Positions 17,207-26,345 are shown, counted from the first letter of the stretch. The stretch: 64,000 bases of DNA from Nanobdellota archaeon (GCA_021811735.1 JAJZNK010000052.1:5803-69802); one strand, 5' to 3'. Made by a program: numbers and translations. The notes: a model not told the origin generated them from the letters alone.

Positions 17207-17902
17207 ATGATTGAAAAAGTTAAAAGCGGTATAAGCGGTTTTGATGCGATAGTCAGTGGTGGATTTGTCAAAAACAGTGTAGTTACTATATACGGTTCCC
17301 CTGGTGCTGGGAAAAGTATCTTCTGTACAGAGTTTCTTAGAGAGGGACTAAAGAACGGTGAAAAGGTCTTTTATATAAGTATGGAACAGGACATAGATTC
17401 CTTCCTAGAGCAGTGCGACTCCTTCGGATTCAAGGAATTCCGAGAAAATTTAAATTCAAATTTTGTGTTTACCAGGATGAGTGGACACGACTTTAAGAAT
17501 TTTTTATCTATAGAACTTCCGAAAATACTTCAAAACAGAAAAGAGAAGCATTCAAGAATTGTCATAGATCCATTGACGCCGTTTCTTTGGGAAGTAAAGG
17601 ACCCCTCTCTTCAGAGAAATGTACTTACAGACACGTTTAAAATGCTCAGGGAATTTGGAACCAGTTTGGTGACAATAGAACGATATGGGGATATAAATAG
17701 GATGGAATTATTGGAAGATATAGCAATCCCGATTTACTTATCTGATATGGTAATCCTTCTTTCAATGGTGTTCAATCAAAATTTCTATCAAAAGGCTATA
17801 TCTATCGTCAAAATGCGATTTTCGTCACACAGCGCGGGTATGCACCCATTTGATATTGGAAACAACGGAATAAATATATTCCAAGATCAACCCGTATTCT
17901 AG
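17207..17902 (+). CDS. Single-domain KaiC/RadA-like RecA-superfamily ATPase
   Basis: SGISGFDAIVSGGF...TIYGSPGAGKSIFCTEF (Walker A) and RIVIDPLT (Walker B-like). At 231 aa it is one KaiC-type domain. Confidence 0.8.
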   Translation: MIEKVKSGISGFDAIVSGGFVKNSVVTIYGSPGAGKSIFCTEFLREGLKNGEKVFYISMEQDIDSFLEQCDSFGFKEFRENLNSNFVFTRMSGHDFKNFLSIELPKILQNRKEKHSRIVIDPLTPFLWEVKDPSLQRNVLTDTFKMLREFGTSLVTIERYGDINRMELLEDIAIPIYLSDMVILLSMVFNQNFYQKAISIVKMRFSSHSAGMHPFDIGNNGINIFQDQPVF

Positions 17903-18657
17903 TTGATTTCAACGTAAACAGGTACGTGGTCAGAACCGTCTTTTTCCTTTATTATTCCCGCTGATGTCACTTTATTCTTCAATTCTCCAGACACAAAAAA
18001 GTAATCTAGTCTCCAGCCTATATTATTCTGTCTTGCGCTCTTGTATATGTATGTCCACCATGTATAATTTCCGCTATTTTTGTTGAATAAACGGAAAGTA
18101 TCGAGGTATCTTTTTTCTATCATCAGATTGATAAAACTTCTTTCTTTTCCAGTGAAACCTGCACTTTCCTCATTTTGATTTGGTCTGGCAATATCTAATG
18201 CGGTATGTGCTACATTAAAATCCCCACCTATTATTACTGGTTTTATCCTCCTCAATCTTTCCATAAAGTCAAGCACTTTATAATTAAATTCCATTTTGTA
18301 GTCTAATCTACTTAAGTCCCTTCTGGAATTTGGGAAATATGCGTTCATTAGAAAATAATCTTCAAATTCCAATGTGAGTATTCTTCCTTCATCATCAAAT
18401 TTTTTATCTCCGATTCCGTATATTATATTTAAAGGCGCTTTCTTTGACAGTGTTAATACTCCACTGTATCCTTTTTTTGAGACGGCAGGCATTATGAATC
18501 TGAAGTAGCCTATCTCATTCAACTCCTCGTCGAGTTTGTCTATTTTTATCTCTTGTAGCAAAATGGCCTCATATTCCTTCGAAGTTATGACCTCCTGAAG
18601 GGACTCTTTCCTTAATACACTTCTTAAACCATTTACATTCCAGGATATTATCTTCAT
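17899..18657 (-). CDS. xth: Exodeoxyribonuclease III / AP endonuclease
   Basis: MKIISWNVNGLRS, LLQEIK, GGDFNVAH and GSDHVPV. Its stop codon shares the CTAG tetranucleotide with the convergent KaiC-like gene's stop. Confidence 0.93.
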   Translation of the reverse strand: MKIISWNVNGLRSVLRKESLQEVITSKEYEAILLQEIKIDKLDEELNEIGYFRFIMPAVSKKGYSGVLTLSKKAPLNIIYGIGDKKFDDEGRILTLEFEDYFLMNAYFPNSRRDLSRLDYKMEFNYKVLDFMERLRRIKPVIIGGDFNVAHTALDIARPNQNEESAGFTGKERSFINLMIEKRYLDTFRLFNKNSGNYTWWTYIYKSARQNNIGWRLDYFFVSGELKNKVTSAGIIKEKDGSDHVPVYVEIN

Positions 18658-18793
18658 ATATAACCTCTAATACATAAAGGCACTTTTATAGTATATTAAT
18701 GGATTATAAAATTGGCTTTGTAGATATCGCTAGGTATATTATCTCTTTGCTATAAGATAATATGATGTGAATTTTTCGAAGAGAATATTATAT

Positions 18794-18868
18794 TGCCCCC
18801 GATGGGATTTGAACCCACAACCATCAGATTAGAAGTCTGCCGCTCTGTCCAAGTTGAGCTACGGGGAC
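18794..18868 (-). tRNA. tRNA-Arg (anticodon TCT)
   Basis: Hand-folded cloverleaf with acceptor GUCCCCG/CGGGGGC, anticodon loop CUUCUAA and T-arm GUGGG-UUCAAAU-CCCAU. 75 nt. There is one G-A mismatch at the top of the anticodon stem. CCA is not encoded. Confidence 0.85.
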
Positions 18869-18923
18869 TATTTTATATAAATCCAGACATTTTAGATTTA
18901 TAATCCTTATTTGTTTTATGATT

Positions 18924-19328
18924 TTACTTATAATACAGCTTGAGTGCATCATCTAATATGTTATGGTGGTCAAATGCTAGATCTGGGAGTTCTTTAATAT
19001 ACCACCACTTTGCTTCCTTCGCATCATCTCCACCTTTTTCTTTTCCTTTTATATCCGTTAAAAGGTAAGCAATTGAAACAACATGTTTTCGCGGGTCTCT
19101 GTCTGGATCAGAATAAACACCGATTAATCCGTCAATTTTTGCTTCTAGTCCAGTTTCTTCTTTTATCTCTCTTATCACAGCGTCTTCAGTTTTTTCACCG
19201 TACTCTACAAACCCACCTGGTATGGCCCATTTATCCTTATATGGTTCATTTCGTCTCTTGATTAATAAGACCTTGTTGTCTTTTATTATGACTCCATCGA
19301 CCGTTAATGACGGGCTTTTGTATTCCAT
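18924..19328 (-). CDS. Nudix hydrolase
   Basis: Nudix box GGFVEYGEKTEDAVIREIKEETGL. Confidence 0.88.
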   Translation of the reverse strand: MEYKSPSLTVDGVIIKDNKVLLIKRRNEPYKDKWAIPGGFVEYGEKTEDAVIREIKEETGLEAKIDGLIGVYSDPDRDPRKHVVSIAYLLTDIKGKEKGGDDAKEAKWWYIKELPDLAFDHHNILDDALKLYYK

Positions 19329-19343
19329 ATAGATATAACTACC

Positions 19344-19475
19344 TTATTTTTTAAATTCTTTTTTAAAGCATTCGTTACAGACTACCTGCATTTTTCCGCT
19401 CTTTTTTATATAATTTCCCCGTATCTTGCCCAAAAAAGTGGTTTCTATTTCCTTTCCACAGCTGCTACATTTCAT
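19344..19475 (-). CDS. Small zinc-ribbon protein (43 aa), absent from the ORF track
   Basis: Hand translation gives MKCSSCGKEIETTFLGKIRGNYIKKSGKMQVVCNECFKKEFKK, with CxxC...CxxC. Its ATG overlaps the srp54 TGA as ATGA. Confidence 0.6.
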   Translation of the reverse strand: MKCSSCGKEIETTFLGKIRGNYIKKSGKMQVVCNECFKKEFKK

Positions 19476-20785
19476 ACTTTTATACCAAATCTCCTTAGTA
19501 AACCTGAGAGTTGCCTGTTGTTTGACATTTTCATCACAGTTTTCATTTTCCTATACTGTTCGAGAAGCTCTCTTACTAAATCATCAGAAGTCCCGCTTCC
19601 AATTGCTATACGGTTTATTCTCTTTGCATCTATAACTTTAGGGTCTTCTAATTCCCCTTTAGTCATTGAATCCATTATATTTATGAATTTTCCAATGTTT
19701 TCTTCCTGTCTTTCAAGAAGTTCTTTCGTTTTTCCCGAAGAAGGTATTCCTGGCATTAATTCAGCTATTTTCTGTGGCGAACCTATCTTATTTGCCGAGG
19801 AATATTGCTCATAAACATCCATGAGGTCAAATTCTCCTTTTATAACCCGTTTTGCACTTTCTTCATTTACTGTAACGTTTTCTTCCTTAGCTTTTTCAAG
19901 TAGTGATTCAAGGCCTTCCAATCCAAGTAGTTTTGATACGAATTTCTTCGGGTCAAACGCTTCAAAATCGTTTATTTTTTCACCCGTGCCTATAAAAGTT
20001 ACCTTCGCTCCACTTAGATATGCAGCTGTCAAAGCTCCGCCCCCATTTGCCGTTCCGTCGGTCTTTGTAAGGATAATATTGTTTATATCTAATAACTCAT
20101 GAAAACCCTTTACTTGTATAGAAGCATTCTGTCCCAAATCTGCGGGTATAACTAAGGTAACATTGTTTGGTTTTAATGTTTCTTTTACGGCTTTGATTTC
20201 TCCGACAAGCTCGTGGTCCAATATATCCCTCCCGGCACTGTCAGCTATAACAATATCAAAGTTTTTGAATGAATCTATTGTGGATTTTATGACTTTTACA
20301 GGGTCGTTGCCCCCTCCAGTTATTTTTACATTAATCTGTTTTGAAAGCTGTTCAAGCTGTTGATAGGCCGCCGGCCTAAAAGTATCTAACCCAAGAAGAA
20401 GTACTCTGTATCCCCTCTTTTTGTAATAATTTGCAAGTTTTGCCGCGGTGGTGGTCTTACCAGAACCAAATAGTCCGACTAATAATATCTTAAATGGTAT
20501 CGAATTAACATCGATCTTGGTTTCTTCGTTTCCGACGATTTCGACTAGATTATTATATATTACATCTGCGACTTTTTCCCTAGTGACAAGCCCTTTTCCT
20601 TTATTGGCCTTTATGTCTTCCCTTATTTTTTTCATTAATTTTTCTATTGTGTTTTTGTCTACGTCGCCTTCTATAAGTGCTTTCTGTATATCCTGTAGAA
20701 CTTCCTCTATCTTTTCATTTCCTGTAGAATTAAGGAGCTTCTTTATTCCATCTTTTAATCTGTTCGACAGTCCTTCAAATGCCAT
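19472..20785 (-). CDS. srp54: Signal recognition particle 54 kDa protein
   Basis: N domain followed by a G domain (GLFGSGKTTTAAKLA, DTFRPAA, ADSAGR, TKTDG), then a Met-rich M domain. Confidence 0.95.
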   Translation of the reverse strand: MAFEGLSNRLKDGIKKLLNSTGNEKIEEVLQDIQKALIEGDVDKNTIEKLMKKIREDIKANKGKGLVTREKVADVIYNNLVEIVGNEETKIDVNSIPFKILLVGLFGSGKTTTAAKLANYYKKRGYRVLLLGLDTFRPAAYQQLEQLSKQINVKITGGGNDPVKVIKSTIDSFKNFDIVIADSAGRDILDHELVGEIKAVKETLKPNNVTLVIPADLGQNASIQVKGFHELLDINNIILTKTDGTANGGGALTAAYLSGAKVTFIGTGEKINDFEAFDPKKFVSKLLGLEGLESLLEKAKEENVTVNEESAKRVIKGEFDLMDVYEQYSSANKIGSPQKIAELMPGIPSSGKTKELLERQEENIGKFINIMDSMTKGELEDPKVIDAKRINRIAIGSGTSDDLVRELLEQYRKMKTVMKMSNNRQLSGLLRRFGIKV

Positions 20786-20821
20786 TATTCAATTAAAACA
20801 ATACATTATATAAAAGAATGA

Positions 20822-21001
20822 TTAATACCTAATTTTCTTCACCGTTATCGGAAGAACACCTTTTTCTAATTCTCTTTTCGCTACGTTGATATAAGTATCT
20901 TCTTTTTTATTTATCTTTACAAGAGTTGGCGCTCCCAAAGAAAGTTGCAGTGCTCTCGCGCCTACAAGCCTTGCTTTTTCAAATTTATTATATTCTTCCA
21001 T
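20822..21001 (-). CDS. rpoK: DNA-directed RNA polymerase subunit K (Rpo6), absent from the ORF track
   Basis: Hand translation gives MEEYNKFEKARLVGARALQLSLGAPTLVKINKKEDTYINVAKRELEKGVLPITVKKIRY. It carries the conserved ARALQL..GAP and G.LPIT motifs. It starts 1 nt after the rrp42 stop. Confidence 0.85.
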   Translation of the reverse strand: MEEYNKFEKARLVGARALQLSLGAPTLVKINKKEDTYINVAKRELEKGVLPITVKKIRY

Positions 21002-21002
21002 A

Positions 21003-21764
21003 TTAACTATCTATATCATTCATAAGTATTTTAAACCTTTCTTCTCTCAATTCTATAGCTTTTCCAATACACATATCAACTTCTTCAGGACTGAAAAACC
21101 CATTTCCGCCTTTTTGGAGGGAATTTACTTTATCACTTAATCCGATGCTTAATCTCGCATCTGCAACATTATCCTCTTCTGCACTTGGATCAAAGAACAA
21201 TGTACCATTTATCTTTGTAAAAGTGTGGCTGATAGCGAGCTTCGTCCTGTCAATTGGGAGTGAAAGTTTTTCTTCTTTTCCCCCTATACTGTATTTGGCA
21301 TTCAATAATGCTCTCAGTGCAGCGATATTTGCAGCATCGAAAAGGTTCCCTTCATTGTTAAGACATACTATATCAACGTAAACAAAGGATACGGTTTTTC
21401 CTTCCTCAATTACTAGTTTTGTCAGGTCTATAAGGTTAGATTCTCTTATGCCTCTGTCTGTTACCCTTCCAACTTCTATAGAATAGTTTATCCTGTCTTC
21501 GTGGTATCTTGAAGTGAGTTCAGACAATTCAAAATTCACTATGAGAGCACCATCTGCAGGTCTATCTGGGAATGGCACTCCATTTAGAACTTTTACTCCA
21601 GCTATTACCTTTGTTTTTCCTAGTTCAACGTACGCTGAACCGTCAGAATGGTTTATAACGTTGTCCTTTATTACTATTTTTCTGCCCTCAAACTCTTTAC
21701 GTTGGTCCAGTCTCTGCTTTTTTCCCGCTAATTCTCTTATGTAATTATAGTTTTCAAGAGTCAT
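21003..21764 (-). CDS. rrp42: Exosome complex subunit Rrp42 (RNase PH-like, non-catalytic)
   Basis: RNase PH fold sequence (RLDQRKEFEGRKIVIKDNVINHSDGSAYVELGKTKV), with the expected partner genes in the same operon. Confidence 0.88.
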   Translation of the reverse strand: MTLENYNYIRELAGKKQRLDQRKEFEGRKIVIKDNVINHSDGSAYVELGKTKVIAGVKVLNGVPFPDRPADGALIVNFELSELTSRYHEDRINYSIEVGRVTDRGIRESNLIDLTKLVIEEGKTVSFVYVDIVCLNNEGNLFDAANIAALRALLNAKYSIGGKEEKLSLPIDRTKLAISHTFTKINGTLFFDPSAEEDNVADARLSIGLSDKVNSLQKGGNGFFSPEEVDMCIGKAIELREERFKILMNDIDS

Positions 21765-23077
21765 AATTTCTTCATCTCACTTACTACTTTCGAAAGTTCG
21801 TCCTTTAATTCTTCACTTATTTCACCTTTTTTGTTAAGTTTTTCCAGTCTATCCTCATTTTGGACTTTGATCTCTTCTCCTTCCCTCTTTGCTATTATGT
21901 CAAAAGTTATTATTTTTGCAAATTTAGGAAAGATTTCTGGTTTTATTATAAGCATCCTTTCCTTTTCACCGTTTTTCAGCACTTCCATGTATTCGCTGTC
22001 CTTATCTATAGTATATGTCCTATCTCCCCAGTCACTTCTTGTTTTTATTGATAGTTTTTGAACCTCATTGTTTTTGATTTCCATATCAGAAACAATTCCG
22101 TCAATTTTAAATGAAGTACCGTTAAGTCTTGTGAATGCTATCCTGTAAAGCTTCTCCTTTACCGGGCCGTACCTAAGAAGTACTTGGTTTATTTTTTCAG
22201 TTATTTCATCATCTGAGTATTTGTCAAGTAAATTTTCTGCAAAATCTGTCAATATAGTATAACCCGCAGATTTAAGTTTGTGATGGTTTATTATTGTAGG
22301 CATCACTCCTTTCCTTATACTATCAAGTTCATTCTTATCTTCCCCATCGAACAGTATAAAATATTTGTTCATGCCCTCATACAATATGCTAGGTTCATTA
22401 CAATTGTTGAAACTTTCATTTATCTCAGACTCTTTTTTCTGCAGTTCCTCAAGCTCTTTTTTCAAAACTTCTTCCTCTCGGTCTTCTGCACCCTGTACCC
22501 AAAGAATACCCCAGTCTTTTAAGTTTAACCCTTTTGCTATCTCATAAAGCTTTGTTTTTCCTTCGTTTGAGTGTATCCCCTTACTCATTTTTGTGAACCC
22601 GTTTTTTATTATTATTATATTGTCACCAAAAATCCTTAATTGAGTAGATAGCATTATTTTACCATCATATGTTCCTTTTGACTGCACAAGTATTTTTGCA
22701 CCAGGTTTTACGTACCCCCAAAAACTTTTTAAATCAAGCACACCTTCTTCATCTCCAGGTAAGGATATTACTATTGATTTTGATTTTTGATCAGTGTTCT
22801 TTATTATTCCACAGTATATTTTTCCAATCTCTTCTCTGTAGAAAATACTCATCTTCAGTCTTTTTCTCATTATGTCGACTATCTTTTCAACGTTATTTCC
22901 ATAGAGGTATACTCCTTCTTTAGTTTCGGTATCCTCAATTACGACGTCAGGCTTGCTTTCATCGTTTATTTTAAGGGCTTCTTTTAACGCATCTGCTGCC
23001 TGCGTTATCTCAACTTTTTCGTCAAGTAGAAGCTTACTTATAGCAGTTGAATAAATTCCTCTAACTTTTACTTTCAT
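21761..23077 (-). CDS. fau-1: FAU-1 / RNase E-G-like RNA-binding protein (DUF402 family)
   Basis: MKVKVRGIYSTAISKLLLD..., WGILW and PTIINHHKLKS match the conserved FAU-1 pattern. ATG 23077 is preferred because GAGGAGG lies just upstream. The track start at 23116 would overlap rrp41 by 56 nt. Confidence 0.75.
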   Translation of the reverse strand: MKVKVRGIYSTAISKLLLDEKVEITQAADALKEALKINDESKPDVVIEDTETKEGVYLYGNNVEKIVDIMRKRLKMSIFYREEIGKIYCGIIKNTDQKSKSIVISLPGDEEGVLDLKSFWGYVKPGAKILVQSKGTYDGKIMLSTQLRIFGDNIIIIKNGFTKMSKGIHSNEGKTKLYEIAKGLNLKDWGILWVQGAEDREEEVLKKELEELQKKESEINESFNNCNEPSILYEGMNKYFILFDGEDKNELDSIRKGVMPTIINHHKLKSAGYTILTDFAENLLDKYSDDEITEKINQVLLRYGPVKEKLYRIAFTRLNGTSFKIDGIVSDMEIKNNEVQKLSIKTRSDWGDRTYTIDKDSEYMEVLKNGEKERMLIIKPEIFPKFAKIITFDIIAKREGEEIKVQNEDRLEKLNKKGEISEELKDELSKVVSEMKKL

Positions 23078-23777
23078 TTGAAAACCTCCTCTTAAGAGCC
23101 TTCTTTTCAAGCTCATAAATCTTCATTGCGCCTTCCTTCCCAATCTCGACTATTTTTTTCAAGTCTTCCTTACTAACTCTTCCATCGAGTTGAAGAAGTA
23201 CTATCTCATTTTTTGATGGTAGGAACGCTATTGGAACATCAGTTGCTCCTTCTCCTTCATGGAAATCTTCCTCTTCTTTTGTAAGATCGAGACATACACT
23301 GTCCCCAATTTTTCCAGCAGCGACCGCCGCAACGAGATCCCTCATTGGTAGACCAGCATCTGCGCATGCCATAGACGCAGCTGTAAGACTTGCACATCTC
23401 GTACCTGCATCCGCCTGTGTTATATATACTCTTATGTTTATCATGGCTCTTGGCATCTCTTCTAAGATTATTGCCCGATTAAGCGCATTCGTTATAACCT
23501 GACTAATTTCGATATCTCTTCTATCCATCCCTGGCTTTGCTCTATCAGGAACCGAAAACGGAAGCATGTCATATTTACAGAGTATAACTGCTCTATCTGC
23601 CTTCTCTATATGTCTCGGTTTCACTTCTTCTGGGCCGTAGACTGCAGCCACAGCTTCAGTGTTACCTATTCTAAATCGTGCGCTCCCTTTAGCATTTGGC
23701 ACAATACCTGTTTCGGCCTCCATTGGCCTCAGTTCATTAAAGTTTCTCTTATCAAATCTTTCCGTGTACATCTTCAA
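23061..23777 (-). CDS. rrp41: Exosome complex exonuclease Rrp41 (RNase PH catalytic subunit)
   Basis: RFDKRNFNELRP...GSARFRIGNTEAVAAVYGP...DAGTRCASLTAASMACADAG, an RNase PH family sequence. Confidence 0.92.
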   Translation of the reverse strand: MKMYTERFDKRNFNELRPMEAETGIVPNAKGSARFRIGNTEAVAAVYGPEEVKPRHIEKADRAVILCKYDMLPFSVPDRAKPGMDRRDIEISQVITNALNRAIILEEMPRAMINIRVYITQADAGTRCASLTAASMACADAGLPMRDLVAAVAAGKIGDSVCLDLTKEEEDFHEGEGATDVPIAFLPSKNEIVLLQLDGRVSKEDLKKIVEIGKEGAMKIYELEKKALKRRFSNESKS

Positions 23778-24426
23778 GTAACCTCCTGACCTTCTCTGTA
23801 AGATCTGTATCTACATAATTCTCGTCTATGAATTTTATTGCGGATAAAGCAACTGATCTACTGCTTTCATCGCCATCTACCCACACTATTCCATTTTGTC
23901 CTACAAGTATATCACATTTTGTCGCCTCTTTTATCATATTTATCATGGCACCTTCTTTTCCAATTAGCCTTGGAAGCTTTACGGAATCTATTCGTGTTAT
24001 CATTTTAGACTCTAGTTTTCCGTATCTAGTACCTCTCATTGAAATATCCGCAGCATTGTTAGGGTACACTCTGAAAACTCTTGCGTATATCATATCTCCA
24101 ATCTCGATATATTTATCAAGTTCACCCAGTTCAGCTCTAAAATTTACATCTCTTACATCTAACCTAGTATAGAAAGGGGCATTTATATCAACTACCCAGT
24201 ATTTGGATGAAATCTCGGTTACTTCTCCTATTATATCATCACCCTCGCTAGGATAGTAATTTCCAGTTAAAGGGTTCACGCTAATTCCTCTATCTGAAAT
24301 CTGTATCATCCCAAGAAATTTTGAGTAAATCTTATTATCCTCTTCATATGTTCCATTTCCTCCATTTCTTTCGTCGGAAAGTAGTTCACCAGGCGTTACT
24401 ATATCAAAGTTTTTTACATTTATCAT
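23752..24426 (-). CDS. rrp4: Exosome RNA-binding subunit Rrp4 (S1 + KH)
   Basis: An N-terminal domain followed by S1 (GDDIIGEVTEISSKYWVVDI) and KH (PRLIGKEGAMINMIKEATKCDILVGQNG) domains. Confidence 0.9.
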   Translation of the reverse strand: MINVKNFDIVTPGELLSDERNGGNGTYEEDNKIYSKFLGMIQISDRGISVNPLTGNYYPSEGDDIIGEVTEISSKYWVVDINAPFYTRLDVRDVNFRAELGELDKYIEIGDMIYARVFRVYPNNAADISMRGTRYGKLESKMITRIDSVKLPRLIGKEGAMINMIKEATKCDILVGQNGIVWVDGDESSRSVALSAIKFIDENYVDTDLTEKVRRLLEDVHGKI

Positions 24427-25097
24427 ATTTTTCTTATGTTAACACTGCCATGCGTTACGCTTTTTAGCTTGCTAAGCAGTTCATTTTCATTTCCAGCCTT
24501 TACTGAAAAATTCACAACAAGTAAATTATTATTTCTTGTATTATCTTTTATGTTTGTCAACCTTTTTAAATATAACATTACGTCATTTGCATATTGAATT
24601 GGCACTTCAACTGAGTAATTGAACTCCCCAAGTTTTATTGGAAGTATCTTTTTAAGCTTTTGTAGCACTTCATCAAACTGCTCGTTTTCCGGTTTGTTTA
24701 CATCAAAATTATGGTGAACATCTTTCATTGCTAGCTCTATTCTTTGCCTAGGTATCGGAAGGTTTGTATTAATATCTATTGCCATTCCAGCTATTTTGTT
24801 GATTATCCTATTTTTTAACATTTCTGCCTGTTTTTGTCGGTATGAGGTGCTTAGTTGCACTTCTCCTTCCTTTATTATCTTAAGAGCTATCTTCCTTACA
24901 TCTTCGGTCCCAAGTTCTCTTTGAAGGTTTCCTGCAACTTCTCCTTTCTTAATATCTTTGAATACTTTATCAACCAACAGGGCAGAATCTATATCTGAAC
25001 TCCTACCTTCTCTTATTTCTATGGCTTTATCACAGTCTACTTCGATCTCGTACCTTTTGCCATTTTTTTCTAACCTGGCAGTTACTCTATCTACCAT
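24423..25097 (-). CDS. SBDS (Shwachman-Bodian-Diamond) family ribosome maturation protein
   Basis: ARLEKNGKRYEIEVDCDKAIEIREG...VFKDIKKGEVA is typical of archaeal SBDS. It has an ATGA-type overlap with rrp4. Confidence 0.88.
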   Translation of the reverse strand: MVDRVTARLEKNGKRYEIEVDCDKAIEIREGRSSDIDSALLVDKVFKDIKKGEVAGNLQRELGTEDVRKIALKIIKEGEVQLSTSYRQKQAEMLKNRIINKIAGMAIDINTNLPIPRQRIELAMKDVHHNFDVNKPENEQFDEVLQKLKKILPIKLGEFNYSVEVPIQYANDVMLYLKRLTNIKDNTRNNNLLVVNFSVKAGNENELLSKLKSVTHGSVNIRKI

Positions 25098-25101
25098 GTG
25101 T

Positions 25102-25812
25102 CTATTTTATATATTTCGTTATCTCTTCTTTGCTAAGCTTACGAAATCCGTTCTTGTCTATTACAGCAACTTCAAATCTTTCAGGAGAGTTTTTACTTTC
25201 GTCAGATTTTATAGCTCTCATACCAAGATTAGTAAGTTCTTCAGCAGTCATGTCAGGCTTGTACTCCTTTTCAAGCGTCTTGTTTATAACTTCAGAGTTT
25301 CCGCCTATTGCTATGGCTTTATACTGAAAGAAAGAACCACTTGGATCAAGCATATAAAGATAGGTTTTATCTCCTTTTATTCCGCCAAATAATATGCTAA
25401 CCCCAAAAGGTCTTGCTCCTCCATATTGTGTAAGGGCCTGCATTTCTGCACTTATTCCTTTTACAATAAGAAGGATATCAGCCGGCTGATTATACGTCAT
25501 CTTATATTCTTGTGCGTTATTCTGTGCTTTATCAATAAGCGTTCTTCCATCTGCTATCATCCCAGATATCGCAGCTACCATGTGCGAATCTATTTGAAAT
25601 ATTTTCTCTATACTTTCAGATATTATCAATTTTTCAAGTTCATGTGCCTTTCTGTCGGCTACAAAAACTATACAGTTCTTTCCGGTTAGTCCAACTGCAG
25701 ATAAACCAAGCGAAACCGTCCTCTTAGCGTACTCTACTTGCAGTATTCTCCCGTCAGGATTGAAAAGAGTTATTGCCCTATCGTATCCCATTAAATCCCC
25801 TGGTGGTTCCAT
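25102..25812 (-). CDS. psmA: Proteasome subunit alpha
   Basis: GYDRAITLFNPDGRILQVEYA signature and the overall alpha-subunit pattern. Confidence 0.95.
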   Translation of the reverse strand: MEPPGDLMGYDRAITLFNPDGRILQVEYAKRTVSLGLSAVGLTGKNCIVFVADRKAHELEKLIISESIEKIFQIDSHMVAAISGMIADGRTLIDKAQNNAQEYKMTYNQPADILLIVKGISAEMQALTQYGGARPFGVSILFGGIKGDKTYLYMLDPSGSFFQYKAIAIGGNSEVINKTLEKEYKPDMTAEELTNLGMRAIKSDESKNSPERFEVAVIDKNGFRKLSKEEITKYIK

Positions 25813-25821
25813 TTTTACCTC

Positions 25822-26130
25822 CTAAAATTTAAAAGATTTTATCTTTTTTATATTTCCACTATTGCATATTGTAAGCAAGTTTACTTTATAAAACTTACTG
25901 ATTAAAGAAAGGATGAATATGACTTTATATTTGTATTCATTGTTTACAGCCACGACGAAAAAAACTTCGTCGCCGTTCTGTTTTGTAAGTTCTTTTATAA
26001 CGCGGAAATTTGAGCGTATTGCGAGAAAAGGCTCCATTCTATTAATCATAGCGTAGAGCAGTCTTTCGGGATTTTCCTGGTCTTTTTCACCCACTATTCT
26101 AATAAGAAAATATCTTTTTTTGTATCGCAT
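25822..26130 (-). CDS. rnp2: RNase P protein component 2 (Pop5 homologue)
   Basis: KKRYFLIRIV near the N-terminus and SGNIKKIKSFKF at the C-terminus resemble archaeal Pop5. Its position upstream of psmA in the superoperon also fits. Confidence 0.7.
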   Translation of the reverse strand: MRYKKRYFLIRIVGEKDQENPERLLYAMINRMEPFLAIRSNFRVIKELTKQNGDEVFFVVAVNNEYKYKVIFILSLISKFYKVNLLTICNSGNIKKIKSFKF

Positions 26131-26132
26131 GC

Positions 26133-26345
26133 TTATCCTTTGTCAAAGATTCTTATAGCATAAACAATAAGAAACGATGCAAGTATGCCAAGAAACGTAA
26201 GCATAGGTATACCAACTATCACACCAAACACAGTGTCTACCCAGCTATAAAGCAGCGAAACAAGACCTATAAACAATACTATACCAACTATAACTTCCTC
26301 AATTATTCTTTCCCACTCTTGTTTTTTAACTTGGGTATATTCCAT
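26133..26345 (-). CDS. Small two-TM membrane protein
   Basis: 70-aa ORF with two hydrophobic helices, 2 nt upstream of the pop5 homologue. Confidence 0.45.
   Translation of the reverse strand: MEYTQVKKQEWERIIEEVIVGIVLFIGLVSLLYSWVDTVFGVIVGIPMLTFLGILASFLIVYAIRIFDKG

Noticed and set aside
23078-23116. Longer FAU-1 start at 23116 (MSLKRRLLRGGFQ...).
   Set aside because: It would overlap rrp41 by 56 nt. FAU-1 homology begins at MKVKVRGIY, and that ATG (23077) is preceded by GAGGAGG.
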